Under the pieces are notes generated by a model. It saw only the letters and a program-made list of their open reading frames with translations. It searched no databases and was not told the origin of the DNA. From contig NC_057719.1 in assembly GCF_004010195.1 (NCBI RefSeq), positions 67,855,873 through 67,919,872 of the forward strand: a stretch of 64,000 nucleotides of DNA, read 5' to 3'. The stretch's first letter is position 1; each line of letters begins with the position of its first letter. Positions 36,456-63,204 of the stretch are shown in pieces. The translations under genes and the position numbers were made by a program. Origin of the DNA: Chiloscyllium plagiosum (Eukaryota).

Positions 36456-36472
36456 GGGTCAGGCAAAGTTCA
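36456..36472 (+). promoter_or_regulatory. DR5 retinoic acid response element (candidate)
   Basis: GGGTCA-ggcaa-AGTTCA, exact RGKTCA-N5-RGKTCA consensus, ~4.8 kb upstream of the meis2 ATG. Confidence 0.65.
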
Positions 36473-39400
36473 CCAATAATCGTCCTCGATCTTCCTTTCC
36501 ACTTTTTGTTGTTGGGGGAGGGTGTGGAGGCGGTGGGAATTTAAATCACGATCTCTAAAACAAATAAACAAACTGTAAAACTAATACCGAGCCCGATTAG
36601 AATATAGAATTCTTGGAAAGCTGCAGAAACACGCTGCAGACTGACCTATTCAAACCCGTGCTTTTACCTCATTTCCTGAACGAGTAGAGACTTCAAACTT
36701 TTGCAGCGAGGGTTGGAATACATCATATACAATCGGGGCTGGGGGGGGGGGGTGAACACACGCTCCGAAACAACACACATAAACTTGGACTGAAGGACAA
36801 TCAACATCAAAGCAAAACCAGCGTTAACTCTGGTCAACGAGGAAGACATTCAAATGCGTCTCTTTTTAACGAGGGCACGAAAATAACTGCAAGTCTCCAG
36901 TATTTATCGCCTTCCTTTCTTGACTCCTTCCTTGTTATGACTTTGTACCAGAAATATTGTACTTCCCACCACTCCGTAATGAACTGATACCTTAATTTGA
37001 AACAAATTATAGCGTTAAAAGTTTATATATGGATGTTCGTAACAGTAACCACGCTTTAGATTAGTCGGCTTTCATCCTTCAATATAGCAATATTGGAAGG
37101 TTTTTTATGCATTTTCTACATCTGATAGAACTTAAACAACTAAAAATTATTCTAGAATGTGTTTATTTCACTTTTATTTGCCTTTTGGTGGTGAAAACGA
37201 AAAATCCACTTTTTACTACGGGAGTAGTGCGGTAATGTGGCTGAGTTTCGCTCAATAAAATGAGTTTGCTTCGGGATGTAGTCACATCAATATTTTAAAC
37301 GCTGCTGCTGGATAAAACACACACACACATTGAAGCGGGAGCAAGGCGTGCTGAATCTAAGCAAGTTTGGAGACATTTACCGTTTTGGTCGGTACACTTG
37401 TAGTTCCAACAACAACTGGCTCCTTCGCCCTCTGATTGTCTTAGTGCTGTTTTTCTTGAAACAGATACTGAACTCTTAATGAATCTCAACACAGCTGGAC
37501 TACTCTGACTGAGCAGTGATAGCTCTAACCCCAGGTTGACCCCAATTTGACACCAGAAGATGAAATTTTACCGGCTGTTAAAGCAATCTTCGGCTATCCC
37601 CTGCTATCTGCTTGTTGATGGAGATGCACTCCATAACCGGACACCGATTTGCATTATTTGAACGGCAGCTACTCGAATCCCGATTGAAATATTATATAAA
37701 AGGCTGCATTTCAGGATACGATTCTCAGTTGGTTGGGGGTATCTCACATCGATAACAGAAATCTGCAAACTTGAAAAAAAAAACATACTTAACATATTAA
37801 ATGAGACAAAGCAAGCATTCTCTTAAAGCGAAATCGAGAACAAGTTTTTGTTTAGGGAGAATAGCACTTACATATCGTACGCATGTTACATAAATATGAA
37901 CAGGAGTAAAGTTTGTATCTCTAAATAAAAAAGAATCAGAATCTGATTATCTGCATTTGGAATTTAACTATGTTGCAGTCAACTATTAAACACGGGTATT
38001 TTACGATAAAGTATTTTCGTACTGTACAAAAGCAAAACTTTATTATAATAAAATAGGTTTTTCTGTCGATAAGATACGAGCTAGCCACTATTTATTGCTG
38101 TTTTACTTACTGCCGCCCAGTGTCAATGACGACTTGCAAGTCATTTGTGCTTTTATTAAATATTGACGAGTAATGTAGAAGACTATTTTCAAACTTTTTG
38201 ACTCACACGAAATCCGAATGTGTACTTTGCTTTATGTTATTAAATAAAATGTCATCAATTCGACAAATAGAACACAAGAAGCTTATTATGCGGGGGCTTA
38301 CCAACAGAACATGCTGGGGATGTTAGGAGGAAAATACCTATGCATATGGTTAGAATATTTAATCGGCGCAATCCTACGGGGTGCAACATCTTCTGACATC
38401 CATACACTTCACCAGATCATAGAAGCGGTTACGGCAAAATACTACAGTCAAACTCATTTACAAAAAATGAGTCGGAACAAATGCATTTTCAATAGTCACC
38501 GATGACAGTCACACAACATTTACTTTTATTTATCACTTGAGAAAGTCCCCGCTCATCGCTGCTACCAGCTCGCCGCTTTAGTGCTCGAGAAAGCTTTCAC
38601 CAATTTACAAAACGCCTTGTTCCATCGCCGGGCTCCGATCAGAGACGCTCCTTGTGGTTACCGACGAGGTGAGAAATCGCGGCCGGCTCGGTGTTCAAAC
38701 TCGCCTGGTTCACGCATTGCGGAAACGCTGCAATTTCTACCCACCTTCTTCTGTTGACTTGTTACATTAAAACACGGCAGTCATTAATATGGGGCTGCTT
38801 GGTTAGGCAAAACCATGGCAACGTTGCCGTTTGTACACTTTGGCAATAAATGCCTATTAGTGAAGCACACTTACTTGAATGGCAAGACGCGGCTGTACTT
38901 ACTCTGTTGCAAGACGAGTCGCCAGTACAGTATAGCAGAAGAATGCTTATTGGAGGACCGTCTCGGAGGGTAGCTGGATCTTCAGAAGTTGTACGTCTCT
39001 TTCTTATTTTAAAAAGAGAGGGGGAAACAACGCGTAAAAGTATTTTGAGAGCGAATTTTCGATGCTGTCCTACACTGTCAACAGTCCTTGGTATACTCAC
39101 AGGCAACGTCCTGTTGGAATGCCCACTGGCGTTTGTCAACCGCTGCATTATCATACTTTTTATGTGAGGGGTGTTTTCCCAAACATCATTGTTGTTATGA
39201 TGCCCCGTTTAATCAAACTGTTTAATTGCAGTGGGTATCACTATCAACATCATCCTCTTAATCATTCTCTTTTCTTTTGCTTTATTGACCTCTTGAAGTT
39301 GCATTACTACGTCCCTGTGTCCGCAAAAAAAGTGTACAGATTCTGCCTGCTTTGACAAAGTCGTGGTTCATGTTTAATTTTGGAAATCAAATATCCCGTA

Positions 39401-40844
39401 GACAATGCATTTTGCCAATTTTTTTTTCTCTCTGTGAAACCATCGATATCTGATGTCACATGCACAAAAGCCTGCATGTCTATTGATGAACCCAAATATT
39501 AAACGGAATAGTCCGTTTTGGCCTTTGTGCGTAGGGGACCGTGAGCGAGAGGGGGGCGGGGTGGGGGGGAAGACAAAACTACTGCAATCGATGGGTCGAC
39601 CATTGCTCCGCCCCTTAACTTCTACCATCCCCTGTGATTGATGATCAGATGAAGCTATGATAATTGACTGTCATGATGTACGGCTGGGTGCATGAATTTG
39701 GATCCAGCGAAAGGATTGGACGAGATGCACAAAATTACTTTCCCTGCAAAGCTTTTTTTTCGTTGGAAAAGTTCATTTGTACTCAAGGGGGTGCGGGACC
39801 ACACTTAATTTTCTAAATAACACCGTGCAATTAGGAACACCAATATCAGGAGCCACCGCGCTAAATATCTCCGCGTTGCCCTGCAAACCACAACAATGCT
39901 AGGAAGAAGTACAGCGGAGGACACGGGAATCACACGGTGGATGACTGAAAGGGGAAATAATTCGAAGCCTGTTGAACTTGGGAACCACTTATTCAAATAA
40001 AACCGGTGTTGCCTTCCCGAAGCAATTCTCTCCAAGGCACATAATGGTCAGTCATGAATATGACTAGTTAACGAGTTCCCCACTTTATGTATTTGTTAAG
40101 GTTCAGCAAGTCGGACACTTGCACCACTTAAAGTCACAGTTTGTCAGAATTGCGTGGGGCTTGGTTTTCAGCAAGGATTCTCGCGGTTACTTTGTGGGAA
40201 GTTCTGAAATATCTTAGCATGTGAACAACTTTTTAAAAAGCAGTTGTCACACAGAGAGAGAGAGAGAGAAAATCTTTATTTGTACATACACGGGAAAGAT
40301 GAATCTCGCTCAGATAACATCATGCTGATTGATTTAGAGATCTGTTTTACAATCTGATGAGGGGGGGGGGTGTTCTGAGTGAGGCTTTTTTTCGCTTCTG
40401 GCTCCCCCCGCCTCCCCGCAACTCCCCCCCCCATGACTTGCAGCGGTCCGATTGCATAGTCTGCATATGAGAGACAGCTTGGCGTACGACTGGCTATGGC
40501 CACCACTACTTCCGGGTTCCGTCATTCTCCCGCCGCCGCCGCTCAGCGCTGCCAGCGCATTATTACTGACAACACACTCACTCTGTAACCAACCAACCTC
40601 CCAACCTGCCACCTCCTCAATACTTACTGACAGCCACTTATTCAAACAAACAACAAAAAAAAGCTACGAAAGAAGCCGAAGCTGCCTTCCACCCACTTTC
40701 TCGCTGTTATTTTTTTCGTGTGTTGTTAACTCCTCGTGAACGTTTTTTCATCGCTGTTTTTTTACAGTGAGATAGCGGTCCAAGGCAGCCAGAGTTGTTG
40801 CAACGGCAGATCATCATTCATTCAATACCTTGACAACCCTGCTT

Positions 40845-40873
40845 TGATTGACAGCTGGAGTGGCAAAAAGCCA
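40845..40873 (+). promoter_or_regulatory. PBX-MEIS/PREP decamer + E-box + NFI-type site
   Basis: TGATTGACAG 40845-40854, CAGCTG 40852-40857, TGGC-N5-GCCA 40861-40873. Confidence 0.7.
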
Positions 40874-40932
40874 TGAGAGACGACAGTTTTGTTACAAGCG
40901 GGCTGTTGACGGGCCGATCGTAACCTTCAGTA

Positions 40933-41056
40933 ATTTTTTTTTTCCCTGGCTTGAATTTTTTTTTTGCTTCTTCTTCTTCTTCTTCTGGAAAGAAAAAGAG
41001 GGGGAGAGAGAGAGCGCGAGAGAGAGTGTGAGAGAGAGAGAGAGAGAAAAAAAGAG
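40933..41056 (+). repeat. Low-complexity tract in the meis2 leader: poly-T/(CTT)n followed by (GA)n/poly-A
   Basis: Read directly from the sequence. Confidence 0.85.
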
Positions 41057-41226
41057 ACAAAGTTCCCCTCCTTCCTTTGGGCCGCTTTAAACTGCGATAG
41101 TGGAGGATAAAGCAGAAGTCGGAAACTGGATTGGGAAAAAAAAGGGATCTCGTTGAGACTGAGAACTAAAGCGGACTGGGGGATATTACAGAGACGGCAC
41201 ATCCAACAGTGTGGGAGCGCAGACTG

Positions 41227-55196
<13,970 letters not shown>

Positions 55197-57296
55197 TAAA
55201 CAAACCCCGCCTTGCCCGATCAAGCAGCATGCATCAGAAAGCAAACATCAGTATCAGTATCAGAGGGTGGGTGTGTAACCACTGAAAAGCTATCAGTGAA
55301 AATACCTGTTTTTAAATTGTATAAATTGCATGAATAAAATGTTGCAGCAATTATACGAATGCAGACGTAATTGATTAAGTAACAAGTGGTATTACAGACT
55401 TTTCTCTTTTAATATGAGTAGTGTTTTTTTTTTGGTTTTACGTAAACCCAGTATTTTCAGGTGACCAAAGTCACTTCATTATATATTTTGTGATGTTTCG
55501 CAATTTTCCAGACCAGTCTGGTTTGCTATTTTTCTGAGTAGTGACTATAATTTGTAATGTGCACTATTGTGGTAGTATTGTACCATTGTGATGTTAAAAC
55601 AACTGTTGTGCCACCATTATGAAGTACATATACGATTTTAATTGAATTCAGTTTGAAAGCTGGAACAAAAATAATCCTATCTTGTTCATATTTATGGTTG
55701 CTGTGCATTTGTTTTCTCTGCCATTTTTGAAAATCTTGAAAACCTAATCTTTGAAAAGTATTGATTATTTTACACGCATAAGTTCAAGTGACCTGCAATC
55801 TGCTGAGCACTTATTGACTGTCTTCTGGGCTGAGTGCAGTGCTTTTCATGGATGCCACAGATCATATTTTAACATGGAAAGCTAGTGAATGTCACTTTTC
55901 GAAGACAGAGTGTAATTTTTTTCAAGTTAATTGCAGTTTTTTTAATAGGTTAAAAAATATGGAGACAACAGAGAGTGAGGCTGATTAAATGGTAAATGAG
56001 GCCACCTTCCACAGAGCTAGTTTGTGAGAGGCTCGGGTTTGACCTTCTGCTTTGCTCAGGAGCCTGATGCTTCATTTTTCACATTCTTGCAATTACGTTA
56101 ACGCTTGAAGCATTTTGACTCCAAGTCTGCTTGCAACACCAGGCATAACTCAACACTGAGTTTTACCCTTATGCCGTTTCATTAACAGGTCGCTTGGGTC
56201 CCAGCTGAAATTCAAAACTGTCTGGCTGTAGTGGCTTTGTTGAGTTATGGTAGCAAGATAAAGACGGGACCATAGTGGAGATAGCCCATGGCGGAGTGGG
56301 TTGCGGGGGGGAGGGGGTGGTGCTTTCCTGTGTGCATGTGTCTATGTCTGTGCACTTGTGGTGTGTAATCAATTGTTCAAGTTCAGAGGTGTTCAGTTTT
56401 AAAGATTTCCTCAGACCTATCTTCTCAAATGAATTTTTTTTTAACAAATTTTATTTGTGAGGCAACATTAGAGTTTTGTCCCTATTTGAAGAATACTTAT
56501 GACATGGACTACTATTGTCAGTGGTTTTCAGAGGCAAAATAATTCATGGCAGCTTCAAGCAGAAGGAGGTTTCAAAAGTATTTCATGTGTACTTTGTTTG
56601 AGAGTCAAAGCAAAAACAAAAGATTTGGACCAATATTGGTTCAATTGATACAAATTTATCATGAATTACTTTAACCATACTGGATTGAAATGTAAGCAGG
56701 CCTGATAAAAGCTTGTCAAATTCTGTAGTAATCATGTGGATTCCCATGGCTTTTGTTTCACAGAATACAGTTTGCATATTATGGAGCTTGAGGGCAAACA
56801 ATGGTGCACAGATTGGGTGATAAACAGTTATCAATTTCAAGATGGACTTAAAAAGGAATCAAAGGAAGCAATCTTAAATCCAAAAAAGTTATAGATTGAG
56901 TGCTGGCTTTATACTTCTCTACACATATTGGGAGGGGGGAACGGTTTCTGTAGACAGATGTGTGGAATAATACATGTGCTACTGTTTCATATTTATTTCA
57001 AAACATTTTTTTAATACAAGACATAAATCACATTATTCCCAGAAGGTGTTTGCAGTATCACAGGACTCCAGCATGGAGCACCTTCATTTAAAGTTAGATA
57101 CAGTGTGAAATTCATGAAACCCTCAAAAATATTGAGCCTGCATAATAATGTGGTGTTATAGAACAATGATATAGCTTCTGTGAATATAATTCATTTGTTT
57201 TATAATTTCTGTTTCTGAGACGTGAAATTGTCTCTGTGCAAAGCTTAATGTAAAAGGTATTAATGGAAAGGAGTGCTAGTCTAATATCAAGGAGGA

Positions 57297-57466
57297 GTAG
57301 GAGAATCTATGTTACAGGCATAAGCCCCTCATCAGGATTCCTGATGAGGGGCTAATGCCCAAAACGTCGATTCTCCTGCTCCTTGGATGCTTCCTGACCA
57401 GCTGTGCTTTTCCAGCACCATACTCTCGACTCTGATCTCCAGCATCTGCAGTCCTCATTATCTCCA
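57297..57466 (+). mobile_element. Penelope-like terminal insertion with fold-back 5' end and 14-bp TSD, meis2 intron 7
   Basis: AATATCAAGGAGGA at 57283-57296 and 57467-57480; palindrome centred on 57338. Confidence 0.85.
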
Positions 57467-58020
57467 AATATCAAGGAGGATGTGGCAAAAAATAGAGAAT
57501 TGTATGTACTCTTTTTACATATTATCCTCTACATTTCCTCCATTCATCAGGTAAAGCTTGACTATTTCCTGTTAAGAAAAATCTGCATCCAGTTAGTTTA
57601 CGTATACTTTTGCATGGAATAATATTGGAGACTAACAAGAATGATATTTGGCATTAAACATTTTCAACAGGTTACTCCATTTATGGAGCTACTTTCTTCC
57701 AGCTACTTTCCTCCCCTAACCATGTTATTAAATGCATTCTTCCACTCTAACTCATTTTCCCTCAATTCAGATACATTTCCTCTTTTAAATGGCATTGGCA
57801 CTCTCTTTTCTCTCACCAAGTTCTTCTCACTGTCATTTCTAGTGCCTGGTTCTATATAACATTGTTTCTGTTCCTTTGTGACATGAGTCTTTGGAAATTC
57901 CTGATTGGCTGCAGAATGAGCAGAGAATGATTGCTAATGTCAAGATTTCTTGTTTATTTCTTGTGCGCAAAGTTTGCTCCAGGCTCAAAACTAATTGTGA
58001 GTTGAGAAGGGGGTATACTC

Positions 58021-58218
58021 TATGCTACTTTCTCCCCACCCCCACCCTCCTCTAGCTTATCTCTCCACGCTTCAGGCTCTCTGCCTTTATTCCTGATGAA
58101 GGGCTTTTGCCCGAAACGTCGATTTTGCTGCTCGTCGGATGCTGCCTGAATTGCTGTGCTCTTCCAGCACCACTGATCCAGAATCTGGTTTCCAGCATCT
58201 GCAGTCATTGTTTTTACC
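58021..58218 (+). mobile_element. Young Penelope-like terminal fragment with intact hammerhead-like core, meis2 intron 7
   Basis: CTGATGA-A-GGGC-tttt-GCCC-GAAA-CGTC at 58093-58120, CpGs retained; tail tccagcatctgcagtcattgtttttacc. Confidence 0.8.
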
Positions 58219-61200
58219 CGGGTAAGAGAAGTGGTTGAGAGCCAGGTTGCAATAATCCATCAGTGGATCCATTCACGGATCAATGGGTTACAACTGATGA
58301 AGCAGATGAAGAGTTTACAAATTTGCATTCAGTGTCCATGCTACCAACTTGAATAAATTCCAAGTGTCTCCTCTGTATAGCTCTACTTTGCGTCGTCAGT
58401 CAGCTAAAAGGCATTTTACACACATTAGTAGGAGTGTTTGGTATATGTTCATTAAAGGTCAGTGGTGAGAAATTGGTGGAAGGCATGCTGCTGAGAGGGG
58501 GGAAAAAAACACAAGTAAAATGGGCTTTGTTTCCTTGTTGCCACCTTTTTTTCCAACATCACCATTGTGACATTATAGAGTGAAGTTGCCTAAGTACCAT
58601 TGCAAATCTACTGTCAAACTTTTCCGTGGTCCTTGATTGAGGCATTCAGTGTTTCTGCCCAAAGTACAAGTGTTCGTACTCATGCTGTTAACTTATATTC
58701 GGTGCATGGGGTTGGGCTCAAATTATGTATTCATTGAGATGTTGAATGCCATGCATTGGTACCCCATACACATTTTGTTTTTGCTAAACTTTCCATAGTA
58801 CTGGAGAAAATCCCTGACGGGGGGTCCAAAGAATTTGGGCAAATGATGGTGCACAAAAAGCATCTGGCCTTGTAAACTTTGTAACCCTGAACTTTGCATC
58901 TGTGCCCATGTTAGCAGGACTATGGTGAACCTTCCAATGATCTGCTTCTGGCTTATTCTTTCCATGTGCATTTACTCCCGCTCACTAGTGCTGAGTAAAT
59001 CACCCATTGCAACTCCCTCTAACTCAGTATCTTTGGAAAATAGGGCAATGATTTTGTGTGGTGGTGCTTCGCAGGGTGAGAGCAAGTGACAGCAACTCCT
59101 GGGGAGAATTCTCCACCCCATCTGCTGCAGGAAGGTCTAAGCTGTCTAATGGACCTTAAGAAACTGGATGTGGAACAAGAATTAGTAAGTAGTGGTGAAT
59201 GTAAGCAGTAACGGATGGGTAACAGTGCAGTGCACCACAGGGTTTTCATAATGACTGACTGAGTGAGAGAGTCAAGTATAGAGAGAAGAAAGGAAATACA
59301 CCTTGAAGTTCTCCAGCTTTGTCATTTCCAATGATGCAAGCACTGTCTTTCTGTAAATTACTAAAATTACTTTGAAAAATCCTTAACTATATAAAACAGT
59401 ACTTTATGTCCCACCTAGCATAACCTCCTCCCTGAAATTAACAGCTATCCCATTGTTAGTGGTTAGATATACTTCAATAACTGCAGTTCCTCATTCAAAG
59501 GAACATTGATAATTACATTGTGCAACCACCAATGATATACACATGACCAATAAATATTAATCTGAAAATGTCTGACTGAACACAGCTAATGCCTTTAACA
59601 TAATGGTGATGTCAGATGCAATAGGACAACAGATCAGTTTCTGTTGTAGCATCTTCTAATGGACTGCCTGTGTCATTCATGATCTAATAGAGAATTCATG
59701 CTGGAGTGGCAAATTTAACTCCAAAAGAAAAATGCATGTTCTGTTGGATGGTTGGTGCACTGATAGTGAAAGATTTTCGGTATCATCTGTGTTTGAGATT
59801 CATTATGTGAGAGGTTAGTTTTATTTTGCATTGTGGTGACTAATTTTCTTTGCAAATAGGTGACTGCTGTTGGTACAGTGATGATGACCTGTCTAGTTTA
59901 ATCCCTTGCTTTCAATTCAAGGCCAAAATTATTTCTAATCGGTCGGTTGTACTTGGGGGATAAAAAACATAGCTTTGAACAACAAGTCAAATTCTTTGTA
60001 GACAGAGAAATTTCTGTCAGATTAAAAAGTATTTCCTGATATTATATTATATTTTCCCTTTTCATGCAGGCTTAGCTTATCAGAGATGCATAAATTATGA
60101 ATCTGTACAATTCTTCAATTAAAAGACACTTTATGTAGTTACTATTTCTAATGTAACATTATCTGCTGTTACTAGAAGAATTCCCCTTGTTTAGTTATCA
60201 TGTGATATACTGAGGATAAAACAGTTATTAAAGCAGGATATTTCAATGTCATAAAAACATAATAAAAACAGTACTAGACCGCACAAACAAATATCATCTG
60301 TCAAAATTGTAGATTCAAAACAATCCTAAAATGTTGGATGCTTCTGAATTTCAACCAGAAACTGACAAACATAATCTGCAAACATTTCTGATCAATTAAA
60401 GCTAAATTGAGTAAGTTGTGTTTGTTTAGTATAGGCTACCTTGCACACAAGTCAATTTTAGTAGCATAATACTGCATTCCGAATTTCACAGTATAATGCT
60501 CTGAGCATTAAAACACTTCGATATTGAACTTAGTTCAAACAATGCCACAGGTGATAATTTGGTCCTTTAAAAAAGGTGGCATGATTATTTATCTACTAAC
60601 GTTATCCAAATAAATAATGACAACAAAAAATTGCATATTTCAGAGAAGTTTGACTTTTTACTTTAGCATAATGAGGACTTTTCAAATACATCATAACCCA
60701 TTGATTCATTGTACTCAGTACAACAAGAAGTGCTTAGGTAAGAATAGAGCACCTCAGTATAACTGTAGTGTTATGTAGTACCATTTACGGTTCTAGTGTT
60801 TATACTTGCTCAGTTATAAATGAGTTGAAGACTGATGCAAATAATAACATATTTTTGTAAATGTATAAAATTACAGTTAAGTATATTTGCAGCTATTATA
60901 ATGAAATGTCGATTAAGATATGGCTTGATCTGATTAATTTTGAATTTTAAAAACGAGCATCTTTTGATATGTAATCTTACCCATCTAAATCAGTCTCCTG
61001 AGATTACCTTCTCCTTAAAAGCTTAAGGATCCCAACACCATTGATCAGATAATAATAAACTCATGACTTTTGCAATTGTACATTTGAAATTATTAAACAA
61101 CTCTTAACACGTGTGTCACTGGGCCATCAAATTTTGTGATTGACATGTGCTGTCCGAGGAAAAGCTTCTCTTCTCACTGTGAAAATCAGAAATGTCCTTT

Positions 61201-62439
61201 TTATAGCTCTGAGTCTCGTGAGACAATCAATATTTTCATGAAATTCTTGTGCGAAAGTTTTGTACACTACACAATCCAGTAAACTAAATACTTGTAATTT
61301 ATACCAATTAAAATTCCAGTTTTGATCTTTGATAAATGTTAAAATTGATTATTAAAAATGCATTCTGATGGCTTTATAGGGCTTTTTAGCCCTATAAAGG
61401 CTTCACTGCACTGTGTAGTCTATTATTTGGATATTAATCTACAAATGATGGTAAAATAAATTAACATTTAAGTCACAACATGAAGAAATCTGGCTATTAA
61501 AATTAAAGTTAGCTTCAATCTTTTAATTTTGCTTTGGACAACTTTCCAGAACCAGGTACTTTAAAACAAACAGAATGAAGAATTCTCCCTTTTATAAGTT
61601 GAGTATTTATGAGCAATAATGCTTTATATCTACTCAAATCCTAGAGTGTTTATACATTTATATGTAAATGCTAGCATGTAAATGAAACCCTGGAACTAGA
61701 AATACACAGCACAGGTATTCTAGATAAATGCAATCTGGTTTACTGAAATTCTATCATGTTTATTTTAGTGTGTGGACACGCTACAGTAACATAAAAAAGC
61801 TAAATTGTTATATTGGAATCTGGTTTGATATTCTCTTTACATCCCTAATTCAGTACACCAATTTAAGTCAAGATGCTTAGCCAAAACATAAAATAAAGAG
61901 AGATAGTTATTCATTAGATATGCATGGAGAACAATTGATGTTGACAGGAACAGTATACGAGTATTGTAAAGGAACATTTCCTACAATTCAGTTTTGTTAG
62001 GCTATTTTGCACTCCTTACAGCAGTAGAGTAATCCCCATACTGAGATTTGGCAGAAATTGGTGTAAAACAGAGTCTGTCATGTGAAAGACCAATTCCAGT
62101 TTATCAACTACCACATATAAAAATGGCCTGTTCTGTTCAAGGTTTATTGTAGATGCACTCATTATAAAGCTGTAAGATTTTCCATAGTTCTAGCAGAACT
62201 GTAATTAATCCTAAATGCCATCTCTCCAGGGGAGCAGAAAACATTTTACATTTCTTACAATTTTATAAGTTTCTTTCTCACTCATATTTTATTAATCAAG
62301 CTTACAAGTGAATAAGATAATGTTTCTCTGATGACATCAGAGTTCTACCAGGATAATGAATTAGATTGAGATCATTCATGCAGCTTGCTCTTACGCTGTA
62401 TCCTTTTCTACTCCCGCACCTATGCACCCCGTTTCCAAA

Positions 62440-63130
62440 TCTCTCCTCACTCTTCAACCTACTCTATCTTTAAATGCCATCACTCTGTGCTCTTTTCTAA
62501 AGCATCTTCTTCATTAATTTTATCAATGAGATGCTCCTCTCTTTCTCTCCTTGTTCATCTCCCAAACTCTCTCTCTGATTCCCACAAGGTGTTGGAAAAA
62601 GAAAACATCATTTTAAGACAATTGTCATTAATGGCACCCTAAAAGAAAAATACCCTTTAGCACTTCAATTTTCCGTAATGTTCTGCCTGTCTCAGACCTC
62701 TCTTCCAATTCTGTGGTTCTGAAACACAACATTGCCTCTCAACTGTCTTTAAGTTCAGTCTTTGAACTTCTCCAGTCCTGTTTGCACTAGGGTACCAGCA
62801 CCATGCTGGCCTTGTCCAAAGTTTGCAATGATTTCCCCTGTTACTGTAACCAATGTGCTCTCCCATCCACCTCCATTGTCTCTCTGTTACCAGGCTATTT
62901 GGAACTATTATTGCAGGATTCCATTCCATCTGTACAGAAGCAGTTAGCTCATCTGCCTTGATAATTTCTCCTCCCACTCCACATTGTCACCTTTTATTGC
63001 CACTAGTACATTCCCTAATGCTTATCTCACCTTCGCGCTCATGAAAAGCTGATTGATGCTTTTATCATCTCGAGATGCAATTATTCCAATGTCTTCTTTT
63101 CTTGCCTTTCATCGTGCTCAGATTCATCCT
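62440..63130 (+). mobile_element. Highly decayed L2-like LINE fragment
   Basis: ~63050-63110 reads LIDAFIISRCNYSNVFFSCL, like the L2 ORF2 motif LVHALVISRLDYCNSLL; pyrimidine-rich. Confidence 0.4.
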
Positions 63131-63204
63131 CTCAGGAATGGTTGAATCAGTTCTGATTATATTTGCTTTAGTTTAGAAGAATGAAGGACTACTTTTTGGA
63201 AACA

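Larger units (their letters stand above)
40440..41226 (+). promoter_or_regulatory. meis2: meis2 proximal promoter and 5' leader (exact TSS not determinable)
   Basis: CpG-rich. ETS-type ACTTCCGG at 40508, GCC repeats, TGATTGACAG at 40845, then T/CTT and GA low-complexity tracts leading to the ATG. Confidence 0.75.

Noticed and set aside
38762..39355. Overlapping 97-130 aa ORFs upstream of meis2
   Set aside because: No recognisable domain or exon structure; expected by chance in CpG-rich DNA.
40087..40106. ATG TAT TTG as an alternative micro first exon (I recall a mammalian MFL-start isoform)
   Set aside because: No in-phase GT donor after codon 3 (TTAAG follows); cannot be supported from this sequence.
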